From NCBI GenBank assembly GCA_951406725.2, contig OX597820.1, forward strand, positions 620,001 through 684,000: 64,000 nucleotides of DNA, read 5' to 3'. How positions within the stretch are numbered: the first letter of the stretch is position 1; every line of letters begins with the position of its first letter. This document shows positions 22,831-36,500 of the stretch, piece by piece. Source of the DNA: Octopus vulgaris. Taxonomy: Eukaryota. The notes beneath the pieces were generated by a model. That model made no database searches. It was not told where the DNA came from and worked only from the letters and a program-made list of their open reading frames with translations. A program made the translations under genes and the position numbers.

Positions 22831-23750
22831 ATATAATATCCTTCAATTCATTACTTTGAACAACGATCGTCAAATTTGCTTTGGCATTTCTAAAGATATT
22901 TTGGTGTCACGAATTGTGTCACCAAAACAGATCAAATAACCTTAAAAGTTCAATACCTGAACTTCAAATTTTACTATCCAACATATACAAAACGCAATAT
23001 CCCATACAACCTAGCCGGGAAATTTTGTACGTTTGTGGAGGATGTGAGAATCAGAGACAAAAGCCTAACAAAACTAAAAGAATCTCCACCCAAGCAAAAA
23101 TATCCGTCTCTACTCATAGAAAATGGTATACAGCTTGATATAGAAATAGCCATACAAGAACTTAGGGCCACCCGAGGAAGAGGAAAACGAGAACAGATCA
23201 TACCAGTTATAGTGGCACACAACCCATGTTGCCAGAATACCTTAAGCATTGCAAATCAAACTTGCCGATCATTATTCAAAGTAATGAATTAGAAGATATA
23301 ATCACGGATGGAGTAATGGCTCTAAGTAAAAAACAGTCGAAAGACTTGAAACATTTAATAAAGGCAAAGTATGATCTTAGCAACAATACGAATCATTCAT
23401 TGTGTCTAAGTACAATGATAATCGATGTGGGACATGTCAGTTCATACATATCGGTCAATATTGGAACAAAAAATAAACGGAAGAATATTTGCAAATGTAA
23501 ATATGAACTACAAATGCAGAAATTTAATTTACTGCATCAAATGCCAGAATTCTGAAGAGATATACGTTGGCCAGACTTGGAATGCACTAGCGGAACGTTC
23601 ACGTGTGCCCCAACAACAAATTTGAGATCCTGATGTCGACCAGATGATCCCTTTAACCGACCACTGGCAACTTGTGGTCTACACAACTGAAGACAAGTCG
23701 AGAGAAACGTTAGAGAAAAAAATTTTATTGATAAACTGAAACCCGTTTTT
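22831..23750 (+). pseudogene. Old decayed PLE (thumb + GIY-YIG) related to the 6804-9158 element, with an inverted piece on its left
   Basis: YPSLLIENGIQ, IIPVIVAHNP and NLIYCIKCQNSEEIYVGQT. 22831-22923 is a diverged inverted copy of 23211-23302. Confidence 0.8.
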
Positions 23751-23795
23751 AAGTGGACAAAACTAATAATAGTTATAGTAACGGTGATGACTGGA

Positions 23796-24029
<234 letters not shown>

Positions 24030-24762
24030 AGCACAAGACCAAAGCCTCCCCACCAGAAATTACCAAAAACATGTAATGAAAAGAAATATAACAAGTAACT
24101 GCAGAATATGTGGAGATGGACAAGAAACAATAAATCATATTATCTCTAGCTGCCCAGTCTTGGCTAAGATGGAATATATTCACAGACATGACAGAGTTGG
24201 AACCTACATACATTGGAAGCTATGCCAACATTATGGAATAACAACAGAAAAAAGATGGTATAGGCACACACCAGAAAAGGTCACAGAAAACGAGAAAGCA
24301 ACCATACTCTGGGATATGCCGATACACACAGATAGAGAAATTAAGGCCAACAGACCAGATATAGTTGTCAGAGATCATGAAGAAAAAAATGCTTTCTAAT
24401 TGATGTATCAATACCGGCTGATGACAACGTGTCTCTAAAAGAAATGGAGAAACTCTCAAAATACAAAGACCTGGAAATAGAGGTAACTAGAATGTGGAAT
24501 CTGAAAACAGAAACAATTCCTATCATAGTAGGTGCATTAGGCATGATAAAAAAATATTCAGACAAATACATAACAAAAACACCAGGACTTACAAACACAT
24601 ATAACATACAGAAAATTGCACTACTAGGCACTGCACACATCCTACGCAGAACACTTTCCATACAATAACCATCAGAGCATCACAACAAATCACAGCACAT
24701 ACCCAAGGCACACAGAGCTGTGCTCGGTAGTGAAGTGAAAGCACGCTATAAAAATAAAACTA

Positions 24763-24818
<56 letters not shown>
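24030..24818 (+). mobile_element. 5'-truncated Dong/R4-like LINE (CCHC knuckle + restriction-like endonuclease) inserted in (TAA)n
   Basis: CRICGDGQETINHIISSC, RHD, RPDIV, then a frameshift at an A8 run (~24382-24389), then EKLSKYKDL...IPIIVGALG. (TAA)n lies on both sides. Confidence 0.9.
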
Positions 24819-24821
<3 letters not shown>

Positions 24822-25468
24822 CAATTGCTATTAATGCCACCACCCCCACCGTCAACAACACCAATACCACCACTTCTACCAGCTCAACCACTAACGACAT
24901 TAAGAAAAATGATGGTGATTATGATACTAGTGAACCATGTCAACATTGAATCGGTTGAAGTGTAAATTTTTTGGGAAAGTTTTGGGAAAGGTGCCGTCTA
25001 CGTTTAGAATCCTTGACGTGCCCACCAAACCGTGACATATAAGCTGCACACCAATTGGTTAAGATATTTCTTTGAAAGAAGTGAGGTATATGCTAACCAG
25101 GTTGGCGCATTCGCCAAACCGTCACATCTAAGTCAAATACTGATTGGTCAAAATACATTTCCTAAGATTCAGCCTGCTGCAGCCCATCTAAAGTTCTTTA
25201 AAGGACAAATCTAACCATTTCCCTACAGTTGTCAATTCTGGAACGTGACTGTCCTTACTACTAGATAAACCTGATGGCTGCGTAACGCATGAAAGCACTA
25301 GTTTTATTACGATAAATATATAATATTCTCAAGTAAAGTTGATATTCTATTATAAGATTGTAAAATTGTGAAAATTGTAAATATTGAAACGTGAACATCG
25401 GACTGGGTTGTAATTGCATTGATTAATATGTATACCTGTGTGTGTGTGTGTGTTTGTGTGTGTGCGTG

Positions 25469-25521
<53 letters not shown>

Positions 25522-25614
25522 GTACACTGGCGAAAGAGTTTATAGTTTCATGCTTGTTGTTACTTCAACAAGCCTATTTATAAAATATGCTGTGTATCTT
25601 TCAGGATCTCTTTA

Positions 25615-25995
25615 AGCGTTATAAGAAAGCGCCTGTCTTGGTGTTTAGTGTATTCCGCTCGGAATCGAAGGGTCACGAGTTCGATTGCCGGCGGCGTGTT
25701 GTATCCTTGAGCAAGACAATTTATTTCACGTTCCTCCAGTCAACTCAGCTTCCCAAAATGAGTATTACCTGCATTTCCAGATGACGAGCTGGCTGAATTA
25801 TTCGCATGCCACGCAGAACACCAAACGGTATTTCATCTGTCTTCATGTTCTGAGTTCAAATTCCACCGAGGTTGACTTTACCTTTCATCCTTTCGAGGTC
25901 GATAAATTAAGTACCAGTGAAACTCCGGGGTCGATGTAATCGACTTAATACCCCTCACCACAAAATCCAGGCCTTGTGCCCATAGTAAAAAAGGA
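25615..25995 (+). mobile_element. Composite SINE (tRNA-like head + family A body)
   Basis: B-box-like gagttcgattgcc and gtatccttgagcaagaca; body matches 37-240. Similar flanks: ggatctctttaagcgtta (~25603) and ggatctgtttaagcgtta (~25993). Confidence 0.65.
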
Positions 25996-27740
25996 TCTGT
26001 TTAAGCGTTAAATATATTTAAAAAGTCAAGGAAAAAAGGAAAAAAATAATGTGGAGAGGGAAAGGGAGAGGATATTAGTTTTCTTGATTATTTGTCTTTC
26101 GTTTCTTCTTTCTTCAAGTTTTTTTTGCCATGTTTTATCTTATTTTCTTACCGCCCAGCATTCTTGCTTCTCAAAATATATTTAACGCATAAACAGAGGC
26201 TGAAAGGTTACTTTCTAAGAAATGGCACATTTTGTAAATATGCCTGGTCAAGTATGATAAAATCTTGGAACTACTAGTAGCTCTTTCGGTTGTGTATTTA
26301 AATGGATATTTATCTCTCACTTGATGAGGAACTTTTTCTGCTGATTCTACATATTTATATACTCTTCTTTTCTTTTACTTGTTTCAATCATTTGACTGCG
26401 GCCATTCTGGAGCACAACCTTAAAGGGTTTAGGGCGTACGTTTTAAAGTCTACTATTTATTCTATCGGCGTCATTTGCCGAAACGCTAAGCTACACGCAA
26501 ACACTGGTTGGCAAGTGGTGTTAGGGAAACAATCACTGACATAAAGATACCCCGAAACGTATATATATAAATATATATATATATAAAATTGCCAGCAAGC
26601 GGATACGGCACGCGCACCCATATCACTCACATACCGGCTGAGTGCTCTACCATTAAGGTAAGCGGCCCATCCCTATATATTACAAAGTAAATTAGAATGT
26701 GAAGCTTGAATTAAAAGAAATTTCGATAACTCGTAATTCTAACCCGATTCATTCTTTTGAATTATCATATCGTAAGATGCCAAAAGAAAACGATAGATGT
26801 AAAGATACTTTTTTACCTTCTCTTTTGCGAGTTCTGGATGCTAAAGTTTGCTGGAATGGTTGTGATGCCAGAAAGTAAGAAACAAAGGGGAAATGTCATG
26901 GCGGCTACTATAGATTTTGCAATAGAGGATTGTATATAGTGTGTGGTGAACCTGTTTACAGTATGAAGTGGCTCCTACATATATATATTGGCGCATGGAC
27001 TATTGGTTCGGTGTGTTGTGTCTACGAGAAAGACACTTCCAGTGCACTCATCTGAAAAGAAGTACCACCAACAACCGAGGGTTAAACTTGCGACAGACTG
27101 GCATCTCGTTCGGTGGGGTGTCTTGTATCGTTGTGTGTTGAAATACATTGGATACCGAGATATTCTGGGGCCTAATGAGCCTGTAGATCAGGCAGAGAAC
27201 TTAACTTACAAAATACATCAATGTAGACATAGAGGCATGCGCAGTCAAGTGTTTATGTTATGCCTATCGAATGAATGTAGACATGAATGTGAAAAACCAG
27301 AAATACTCAGTTCTTTGATTGGAATGTAGCTGTTTGTGAAATGTTCATTACTGGATTAAGTTCATTGCTGGATTAATGACAGTTGCAAGACCTGATAAAG
27401 CTAATTAGATAAATAATTATAAAACTAATCAGCAAGATACAGCTAGTATATTTTCAACTTTTTTGTGAAATGTTTAAAATAACTGATAAAATCAGTCTCT
27501 CCAGGCGGTATTTGAACTCAGACTGCAGTATTACAGTATTTCATCTAAAACAAAAACGAAAGTAGCAACACGTCATATTTAACCCTTTATTTAAAAAATT
27601 TAAAGCTTACATTGATAACATTAAATTGGCAATCAGAAAAGAATATTAATATACTTTCAAATCAATCAACATTTTCTATTTTCCTCTGTTTCAAGCAATA
27701 GTGGGGCCCTGAAACTTGTTTAGATTGCATTTATTGAAGA

Positions 27741-28124
27741 CTAGCAGTATCGCCCGGCGTTGCTCAGGTTTGTAAGGGAAATAACTATAAAGCATTTTTA
27801 GAGAGTTATAGCCAAAAAATAGCAAAAAAATGGAAAAAAATTATGTTAAATTTTTTTTTGAGATTTAAAAAGGTGGAGTTGCGTCCCCTAGACAGTTTGT
27901 GGTTCGTGTTTCTGATTCTCGACCCCATGTCGAATTTATCGATTTTTTTCAGAACTGGGGGAACTTTTCAAAATTTTCGCTGCGTTAGTTTTGAATTATG
28001 ACATTGGGCTATGTGTGTGTCAAGTTTCATCAGAATCGGTTGACAGCCGTGGTCAGGGTGAGGGTACAAGCAAACAGACACACAGAAACACGCACAGACA
28101 AACTGCCGTTTATATATAGAGAGA
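27741..28124 (-). mobile_element. Non-autonomous Helitron (384 bp)
   Basis: Minus strand reads A|TCTCTCTATAT...CCTGAGC-AAC-GCCGGG (hairpin)-CGATACTG-CTAG|T: 5'-TC, 3'-CTAG, subterminal hairpin and A|T target. Confidence 0.85.
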
Positions 28125-28993
28125 TTATACAGTCTCTCGGTTGCAAAGTGTTGTATAAGCAGGTACAGATATAGTTTCTTTACCAGGAAATATATGTAAT
28201 ATTATATATATGACAAAGATATTATTTTAACATGTAAAATATTATCAAACATGACTCTTGGAGGCGCTTTTTCGATTTTTACTTATATGTTTGTTTCTGT
28301 TGCTTTGTCCATTATTTCATTAACAGAACTTGAACATGGAAACACAATGAGAAAACTATATAAGATATTATATTGCTAAACTTGTCTATATCGTTAAACG
28401 TGTCTATAACGGATGGCTTTTAGTTCTTTTGCCTTAATTCAGTCGCATATCTTATTCTGGCGTTCATATCTTCTAGAATTCTTTTGCTCCCTATTCCTAA
28501 TTCAATATTTGCAACGTTGAAATGTCTGTATTTCGGACCTGCAACATTTGCTGCAAATACACGTGAAAGGTCGTTGATAATGTTATATGTATATGTTGGA
28601 TTAGATTTAGATACATTTTAGTTATGTCGTTCCGGAAAAGCTTTTAGGTGATACCTTTGTATATTACCCACAGATTTCGCTACCAAAATATATAAGATGT
28701 TTCTTTGTCATTCGTACTGATTAAGTGTATGAATGTAGTTTGCAGTAACATCAAATTTCCAATGACTCAGAATTAACATCACACTTTGAAACTCTGAGTT
28801 CCTACGAATTTGAACCAAAATACTTTGACTCATACAGTTATGAGAATATATAACTAGAAACATATATATGCATAATTATATATATATATAAGTGTGTGTG
28901 TGTATGTATGTATGTATATGTATATATATATATATGTGTGTTTGTATATCTATATAATTTTACCCACTTCTTTCTCCCCTTTCTTTGTTTCTT

Positions 28994-29035
<42 letters not shown>

Positions 29036-29429
29036 CCTGTATATTCATCCATACGTACACAATCCGCAATTTCGCCAAAACTCTCCTCATTTGGCTGCAC
29101 CACCTTGTGATCCCATTTGCTAAAAATGTGGTTCTCTTGTAGTTACGTAACCGAGAGTTGACTGTGATCGCTCCAGTTTTCTTTCTGGCTGAGTGCACCA
29201 AAGAAGAACAGTGATCAGATTTGTCTAGTCTGAAGGTGTGACAGGGGCTGAAATCCGTTCGTTGCAGGCTTTCATAGCAATACTTGTACAAAACTCTGTC
29301 GCGCAGAAGTGTGAATGAGTGGATTGTGAAGTTTAAAAATGTGTGAAAAACAGTTTGACATGTTGCCATTTTAAATACATCAAAATGCATCCAAATTTCT
29401 TCATTTGTCCACTCACCCGTATATGTATG

Positions 29430-29477
<48 letters not shown>

Positions 29478-29483
29478 TGTATG

Positions 29484-29569
29484 TATCTATCTATATGTTT
29501 GTCTGTCTATCTATATATCTCTCTATCTATCAATATGTCTGTCTGTCTATCTATCTATCTATATGTCTG

Positions 29570-29610
<41 letters not shown>

Positions 29611-29697
29611 ATGTCTATCTGTCTATCTATCTATCTATCTTTCTATCTATCTGTATGTCTATCTGTCTATCTATCTATCTTTCTATCTATCTGTGTG

Positions 29698-29731
<34 letters not shown>

Positions 29732-29755
29732 CACATGTCTATCTATTTATCTATA

Positions 29756-29812
<57 letters not shown>

Positions 29813-29830
29813 CTGTCTCTGTCTCTGTCT
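29484..29830. repeat. (TCTA)n microsatellite
   Basis: Seen directly. Confidence 0.95.
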
Positions 29831-29841
29831 TTATCCATCTA

Positions 29842-30229
29842 TTATGGATAGATAATTTTCCACTGATTCATTCTCTTACTTTCATTTACAAACCCCCTGA
29901 AGACATCTCTGGTATCTTTCTTGTATATACAATAGAATATGAAGATAAACATTCCTTGAAGTGTATTGAATATAGTAAAAAGATACTCAAACACTTTTGC
30001 TGCTTCGCTAACAGCGAAGAATGCAAAGACCCATGTGAGTCCAAACAAAAACAGCAAACCAACCAGGCCCAAAACACGTACTTTACTTCTTTTCTGCTGA
30101 GATCTCTTATTACTTTGCATCATTATAAGGTGCCAGATAACGAAAGAAGGCTTGATAATGTTGAAGATGAGACTGATCGCAACAGGAACCAGGAAAGCAG
30201 CATAGAAAGGTGGTGCGGATAACCAACAG
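29842..30229 (-). CDS. Adhesion-family (class B2) GPCR exon: ECL2 through TM5-TM7. Either ends at stop 29842 or splices at a GTAAGA donor after 29880
   Basis: CWLSAPPFYAAFLVPVAISLIFN...LLFLFGLTWVFAFF...FEYLFTIFNTLQGMFIFIFYC. Acceptor ttttctttgtag with AG at 30231-30230. Confidence 0.85.
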
Positions 30230-30257
30230 CTACAAAGAAAATAGAAAGGCAATGAAA

Positions 30258-31065
30258 GGTATTCAGTGGACACTGATGAACAAGTAGGAGGACTTGGACT
30301 ACGTAGATGATCTCGCACTACTGTCACATCGCCTGCAAGATATGCAAGATAAGGTAGACCACCTGACAGAAACTTCACGGTGAGTGGGCTTGAGGATCAG
30401 CCGGGAAAAGACAAAAGTGCAGCGTATCAACAACAAGCAGGAAGAGCCAATCACAATCGAGGGGGAACCTGTGGAGGATGTTAGTGAGTTTGTCTATTTT
30501 GGCAGCAAGATCAGCAAATCAGGTGGATCAGACGAGGACATCACGGCAAGAAGGCTTGGCAAGCCTTCGCTATTCTTCGGCCGGTATGGAAGTCCACTAC
30601 CATCTCAACTCGAACTAAACTCTGCTTATTTAGTTAAAACGTAAAAGACGTGCTTTTGTATGGCTCTGAAACAGGGAGAGCCACCTGCAGCATCTACAAG
30701 AAGATCCAGACCTTCATCGACAAATGTCTCCGGCAGATCCTTCATCTGAGTGTCAAACATCGACCTGTGGGAATGGGCCGACCAGGAGCCCATACATGTT
30801 CAGATTAGACAAAGGAAATGGATATGGATCGGTCACACACTGCGGAAAGAACTCTCAAATGTGACACGACAAGCACTTGACTGGAACCCGCAGGGGAAAC
30901 ATGAAGCGAGGATGCCCGAAGCTGACATGGAAGCGGAGCATTTTGGACGAGCTCAGGACCACCGGCCTGACATGGGAAGCAGCCAAGAAACACGCCAATG
31001 ACCGCAAAAAGTGGAAAACAACTGTTGAGGCCCTACGCTCCAGATGGGGCAAAAAGGATTAAGAA
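30258..31065 (+). mobile_element. 5'-truncated RTE-clade LINE in the GPCR intron
   Basis: DLDYVDDLALLSH, GLRISREKTKV, FVYFGS, WIGHTLRK and ALDWNPQG; frameshifted. Confidence 0.85.
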
Positions 31066-32324
31066 GTACATTTGAGGAACGTATTTAGCAATGAAGACCG
31101 CCATATTAGATTCGCCTGGCAGGTAATGGCACTAGTGCGCCAACTAATTCCATATCAATGCGTTAGTCCTTAGGCTGGCGGAAGCTCTTCACAATTTGTC
31201 CAATAAAATCAATGATTACTGTTTTCCTCGTCATATTGTAGTCAATTTATTCATTTAACTTTCGTTGAGTCGTGTTAATGTTTCTTCATAATTCTTGAAT
31301 GGTTAGACTCAAGCAGAGCCAGTGGTATACATCCGGACAGTGGGAATACGGCAAATATCTATTGTGATGGCAGTGGACACTTTCCTTGCCTGTCGCGTCT
31401 TTGAAAAACTTCTACCTCATGTAGGTCAGTGTTGATAAATATTCAACTTCTCGCCTTTGACTTTGTCCTTCACATTAGCCATGATAAAAGGAAGGGTTCG
31501 TGGTTTCTTTAACGAAGCAACTGTTGGAGGGAATACTGCTTGTTTCAAGAACAAATCTAATGTTAGCATAAATAGAAAAATAATAATTAGTTATTAATGC
31601 AATTTGTCCTGTATTCTAAAGGTGAAGAATATTCGATGTTTTGTTCGTATTTTTGTTTGCAAATGAGATCATTGATATTCATGAGTCTCAGAACAAAAGC
31701 ATTAACAATGATATTGAAGTAGGTTTACTACCAGCAACCAAAGTCCTGGCTTGATGCTAGCTGACCTACTATTCTACAATACTAAAGGAGTTATAGAGGT
31801 TATTAAGCTACCTTCAGCTTTCTCTTAGCTTATATTATTATAGTATATTCTCTATTTAGTTTTGTTACAGTAATGTAATGCTTTTTATTATTTTCTATTG
31901 GGAAATAAATTATTTTATTTGGCTTTTTTGAGTAAGGGTGAATATTATGACTGAACGTCACTTATAACCTAAGTGTTATCATTATACACAAATCCGAACT
32001 ACAGTATATAACGCCATAGAGAAATATAGTTATGAAACGCTATGAATATTAACGACATGTATGTATAATATTTTCTTCGTGTTCGTTTAACCGCTTTAAG
32101 AAAATATAATTTAATGATTACAGAAATGCATATTTATTTATACTCAGTTGAAAAAAACGTGAAGAGAAACATTTTCTTAATTAGTTTTATTATATAAATA
32201 TAGCATTCGCGCCGTATTTCAAAATAGCTAAAATGGCTACTTGCTACAGAGTAAATAAATCTAGCAATACTATTAGTTGTGAAGAGCAGAGAAAATGAGG
32301 TGGACGAAAAAGAGGAATACTTAC

Positions 32325-32397
32325 ACCTCTGCGGTTTTGATGTAATTGTCTGTGGAGTTAATTGCCAGGGTAATTATAACGATGACTGCTGGAAGAC
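32325..32397 (-). CDS. Adhesion GPCR 73-bp exon (TM4 and start of ECL2), absent from the ORF track
   Basis: atcag|GT CTT CCA...GAG GT|gtaagt encodes (G)LPAVIVIITLAINSTDNYIKTAE(V). The phase-2 end joins in frame to C TGT TGG of the next exon. Confidence 0.85.
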
Positions 32398-33520
32398 CTG
32401 ATAACGATTTTTACAGAAATGAATACAAATCTCTAGATATTAATTAATATTTACAATCATTATTATATGACATTTGAATGGATTTTGTTCACCATGTTTT
32501 CGTTCAGAAAAAATGTCGAGTTCAAGACAAATCAATATTTCATTTCGTATCACACACTCGTCACTTCTTGCCATTTAATTCTTTTGATTCTTGGATTCTT
32601 TCAACAATATGTTTCAATGGGAAACAAAAAGTGATAAAATCTTAAATGTTCTGGACAAGGGTTGAAGATTAAATGGCATGAGGGACAACAAAAATCCACT
32701 GTCACCTACTTCTTCACATATTGCTTCGTATGACCGGTTAAAGTGCAAAATAGATAACTCTGAGGTTTCGTATAGAGACGAGTTCAGACGGTAGGCATTC
32801 TTGCATGGAAATTCAAATAACTTTAGACTACCCAATAGGCTAGAACAGGGAGGAGTGCTTTAGTTGTCCATAGTTTACATTTTATCACGGTTGTATAAAT
32901 ATTACATTTCATTCATCCACGTTGTATCCACGTGTTTACATCTCGTATCAACTACTTCCAAAATCTCACCAGTTTAGCAATCTATTCAGTCTCAAATCAT
33001 GAATATCTAACTCATTACCTTTCTAATAAGAATCAAATCATTCATTTGTCTTTATTCGTGACTTAACTACCACGTTGATCAATTAAAAAAATTAATCTTT
33101 TTTCCACAAGTAGTTTCGACTAAATATATTAGGCCCACAGACTTCAGGCTTATCTAAATTAATTCTTCGTCAAATCAAGATGAGCGATATAATATAACTC
33201 TCAACAAATTATACAAGCAAAGTGACCGAGTGAGGATTGTAGCTTAGAATCTCACTCTACTTTCAACGCACGATATATAGTCATCAACCATAACCTAGAC
33301 ATTTACACAATGATACTACAAAATTCAAACTAACAGAAAAGACTAAGTTTCTATCCTTTCTTCGACAAGTTAGAAATACTAGCTAAACATTTTTAGATCC
33401 CATTCTTTATTCTTGCTACATGGAAGAGTAAGTTGAATTATATAATGTTTAATGTATTGACAAGATAATCATTGACAGAACATTGTCAATTATAGATCTA
33501 CTAAATCAATTGTGAAGTAG

Positions 33521-36500
33521 CTTAGAATTTCGTTAATTCTGACCATCGTCCCATATCTTAAATGTTTTCAGTACTGACAGTTTTAAATGATCTCATCGCT
33601 AACAACCCCTTAGAATTACGTTAGTTCTGACCATCGTCCCTTAATTCCGACCGACCTGTTCGCTGGCCATTTTTATTTTTTATTCTGCCACACGATGACG
33701 AGACACGAAGCTAAGAATATTTTTCTTTTTCTTCTCCCTCTCTGCTACGCTCCTAATATCTCAAATGTTTTCAGTACTGAGAGTTTTAAATGATCTCATC
33801 GCTAACAACCTCTTAGAATTTCGTTAATTCTGACCATCGTCCCTTAATGCCGACCGACCTGTTCGCTGGCCATTTTTATTATTTATTCTGCCACACGATG
33901 ACGAGACACAAAGCTAAGAATATTTTCCTCTTTCTTCTCCCTCTCTACACCGCTACTAATATCTTAAATGTTTTCAGTACTGACAGTTTTAAATGATCTC
34001 ATCGATAACAACCTCTTAGAATTTCGTTAATTCTGACCATCGTCCCTTAATTCCGACCGACCTGTTCGCAAGCCATTTTTATTATTTATTCTAACACACG
34101 ATGACAAGACACAAAGCTAAGAATATTTTTCTCTTTCTTCTCCCTCTCTACTCCGCTCCTAATATCTTAAATGTTTTCAGTACTGACAGTTTTAAATGAT
34201 CTCATCGCTAACAACCTCTTAGAATTTCGGTAATTCTGACCATCGTCCCTTAATTCCAACGGACCTGTTCGCTAGCCATTTTTATTTTTTATTCTGCCAC
34301 ACGATGACGAGACACAAAGCTAAGAATATTTTTCTCTTTCTTCTCCCTCTACTCCGCTCCTAATATCTAAAATGTTTTCAGTACTGACAGTTTTCAATGA
34401 TCTCATCGCTAACAACCTCTTAGAATTTCGGTAATTCAGACCATCGTCCCTTAATACCGACCGACCTGTTCGCTAGACATTTTTATTTTTTATTCTGCCA
34501 CACGATGACGAGACACAAAGCTAAGAATATTTTTCTCTTCCTTCTCCCTCTCTACTCAGCTCCTAATATCTTAAATGTTTTCAGTACTGACAGTTTTAAA
34601 TGATCTCATCGCTAACAACCTCTTAGAATTTCGTTAATTCTGACCATCGTCCCTTAATTCCGACCGACCTGTTCGCTGCCCATTTTTATTTTTTATTCTG
34701 CCACACGATGACGAGACACAAAGCTAAGAATATTTTTCTCTTTCTTCTCCCTCTCTACACCGCTCCTAATATCTTAAATGTTTTCAGTACTGACAGTTTT
34801 AAATGATCTCATCGCTAACAACCTCTTAGAATTTCGTTAATTCTGACCATCGTCCCTTAATTCCGACCGACCTGTTCGCTGGCCATTTTTTATTTTTTAT
34901 TCTGCCACACGATTACGAGACGCAAAGCTAAGAATATTTTTCTCTTTCTTCTCCCTCTCTACTCCGCTCCTAATATCTTAAATGTTTTCAGTACTGACAG
35001 TTTTAAATGATCTCATCGCTAACAACCTCTTAGAATTTCGTTAATTCTGACCATCGTCCCTTAATTCCGACCGACCTGTTCGCTGCCCATTTTTATTTTT
35101 TATTCTGCCACACGATGACGAGACACAAAGCTAAGAATATATTTCTCTTTCTTCTCCCTCTCTACACCGCTCCTAATATCTTAAATGTTTTCAGTACTGA
35201 CAGTTTTAAATGATCTCACCGCTAACAACTTCTTAGAATTTCGTTAATTCTGACCATCGTCCCTTAATTCCGACCGACATGTTCGCTGGCCATTTTTATT
35301 TTTTATTCTGCCACACGATGACGAGACACAAAGCTAAGAATATTTTCTCTTTCTTCTCCCTCTCTACTCCGCTCCTAATATCTTAAATGTTTTCAGTACT
35401 GACAGTTTTAAATGATCTCATCGCTAACAACCTCTTAGAATTTCGTTAATTCTGACCATCGTCCCTTAATTCCGACGGACCTGTTCGCTAGCCATTTTTA
35501 TTTTTTATTCTGCCACACGATGACGAGACACAAAGCTAAGAATATTTTTCTCTTTCTTCTCCCTCTCTACTCCGCTCCTAATATCTAAAACGTTTTCAGT
35601 ACTGACAGTTTTAAATGATCTCATCGCTAACAACCTCTTAGAATTTCGTTAATTCTGACCATCGTCCCTTAATTCCGACCGACCTGTTCGCTAGCCATTT
35701 TTATTTTTTATTCTGCCACACGATGACGAGACGCAAAGCTAAGAATATTTTTCTCTTCTCCCTCTCTACTCCGCTCCTAATATCTTAAATGTTTTCAGTA
35801 CTGACAGTTTTAAGTGATCTCATCGCTAACAACCTCTTAGAATTTCGTTAATTCTGACCATCGTCCCTTAATTCCGACCGACCTGTTCGCTGGCCCATTT
35901 TTATTTTTCATTCTACCACACGATGACGAGACGCAACGCTGAGAATATTTTCCTCTTTCTTTTCCCTCTCTACACCGCACCTAATATCTTAAATGTTTTC
36001 AGTACTGACAGTTTTAAGTGATCTCATCGCTAACAACCTCTTAGAATTTCGTTAATTCTGACCATCGTCCCTTAATTCCGACCGACCTGTTCGCTGCCCA
36101 TTTTTATTTTTTATTCTGCCACACGATGACGAGACACAAAGCTAAGAATAATTTTCTCTTTCTTCCCTCTCTACTCCGCTCCTAATATCTTAAATGTTTT
36201 CAGTACTGACAGTTTTAAATGATCTCATCGCTAACAACCTCTTAGAATTTCGTTAATTCTGACCATCGTCCCTTAATTCCGACCGACCTGTTCGCTGGCC
36301 ATTTTTATTTTTTATTCTGCCACACGATGACGAGACGCAAAGCTAAGAATATTTTACTCTTTCTTCTCCCTCTCTACTCCGCTCCTAATATCTTAAATGT
36401 TTTCAGTACTGACAGTTTTAAATGATCTCATCGCTAACAACCTCTTAGAATTTCGGTAATTCTTACCATCGTCCCTTAATTCCGACAGACCTGTTCGCTG

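Noticed and set aside
28950-29390. 146-aa minus-strand ORF downstream of the GPCR exon
   Set aside because: No recognisable motif or clear splice sites, and it runs into a (CT)n repeat.
30230-30378. N-terminal 50 aa of ORF 29842..30378
   Set aside because: Intronic sequence plus antisense LINE; the real exon starts at the acceptor at 30229.
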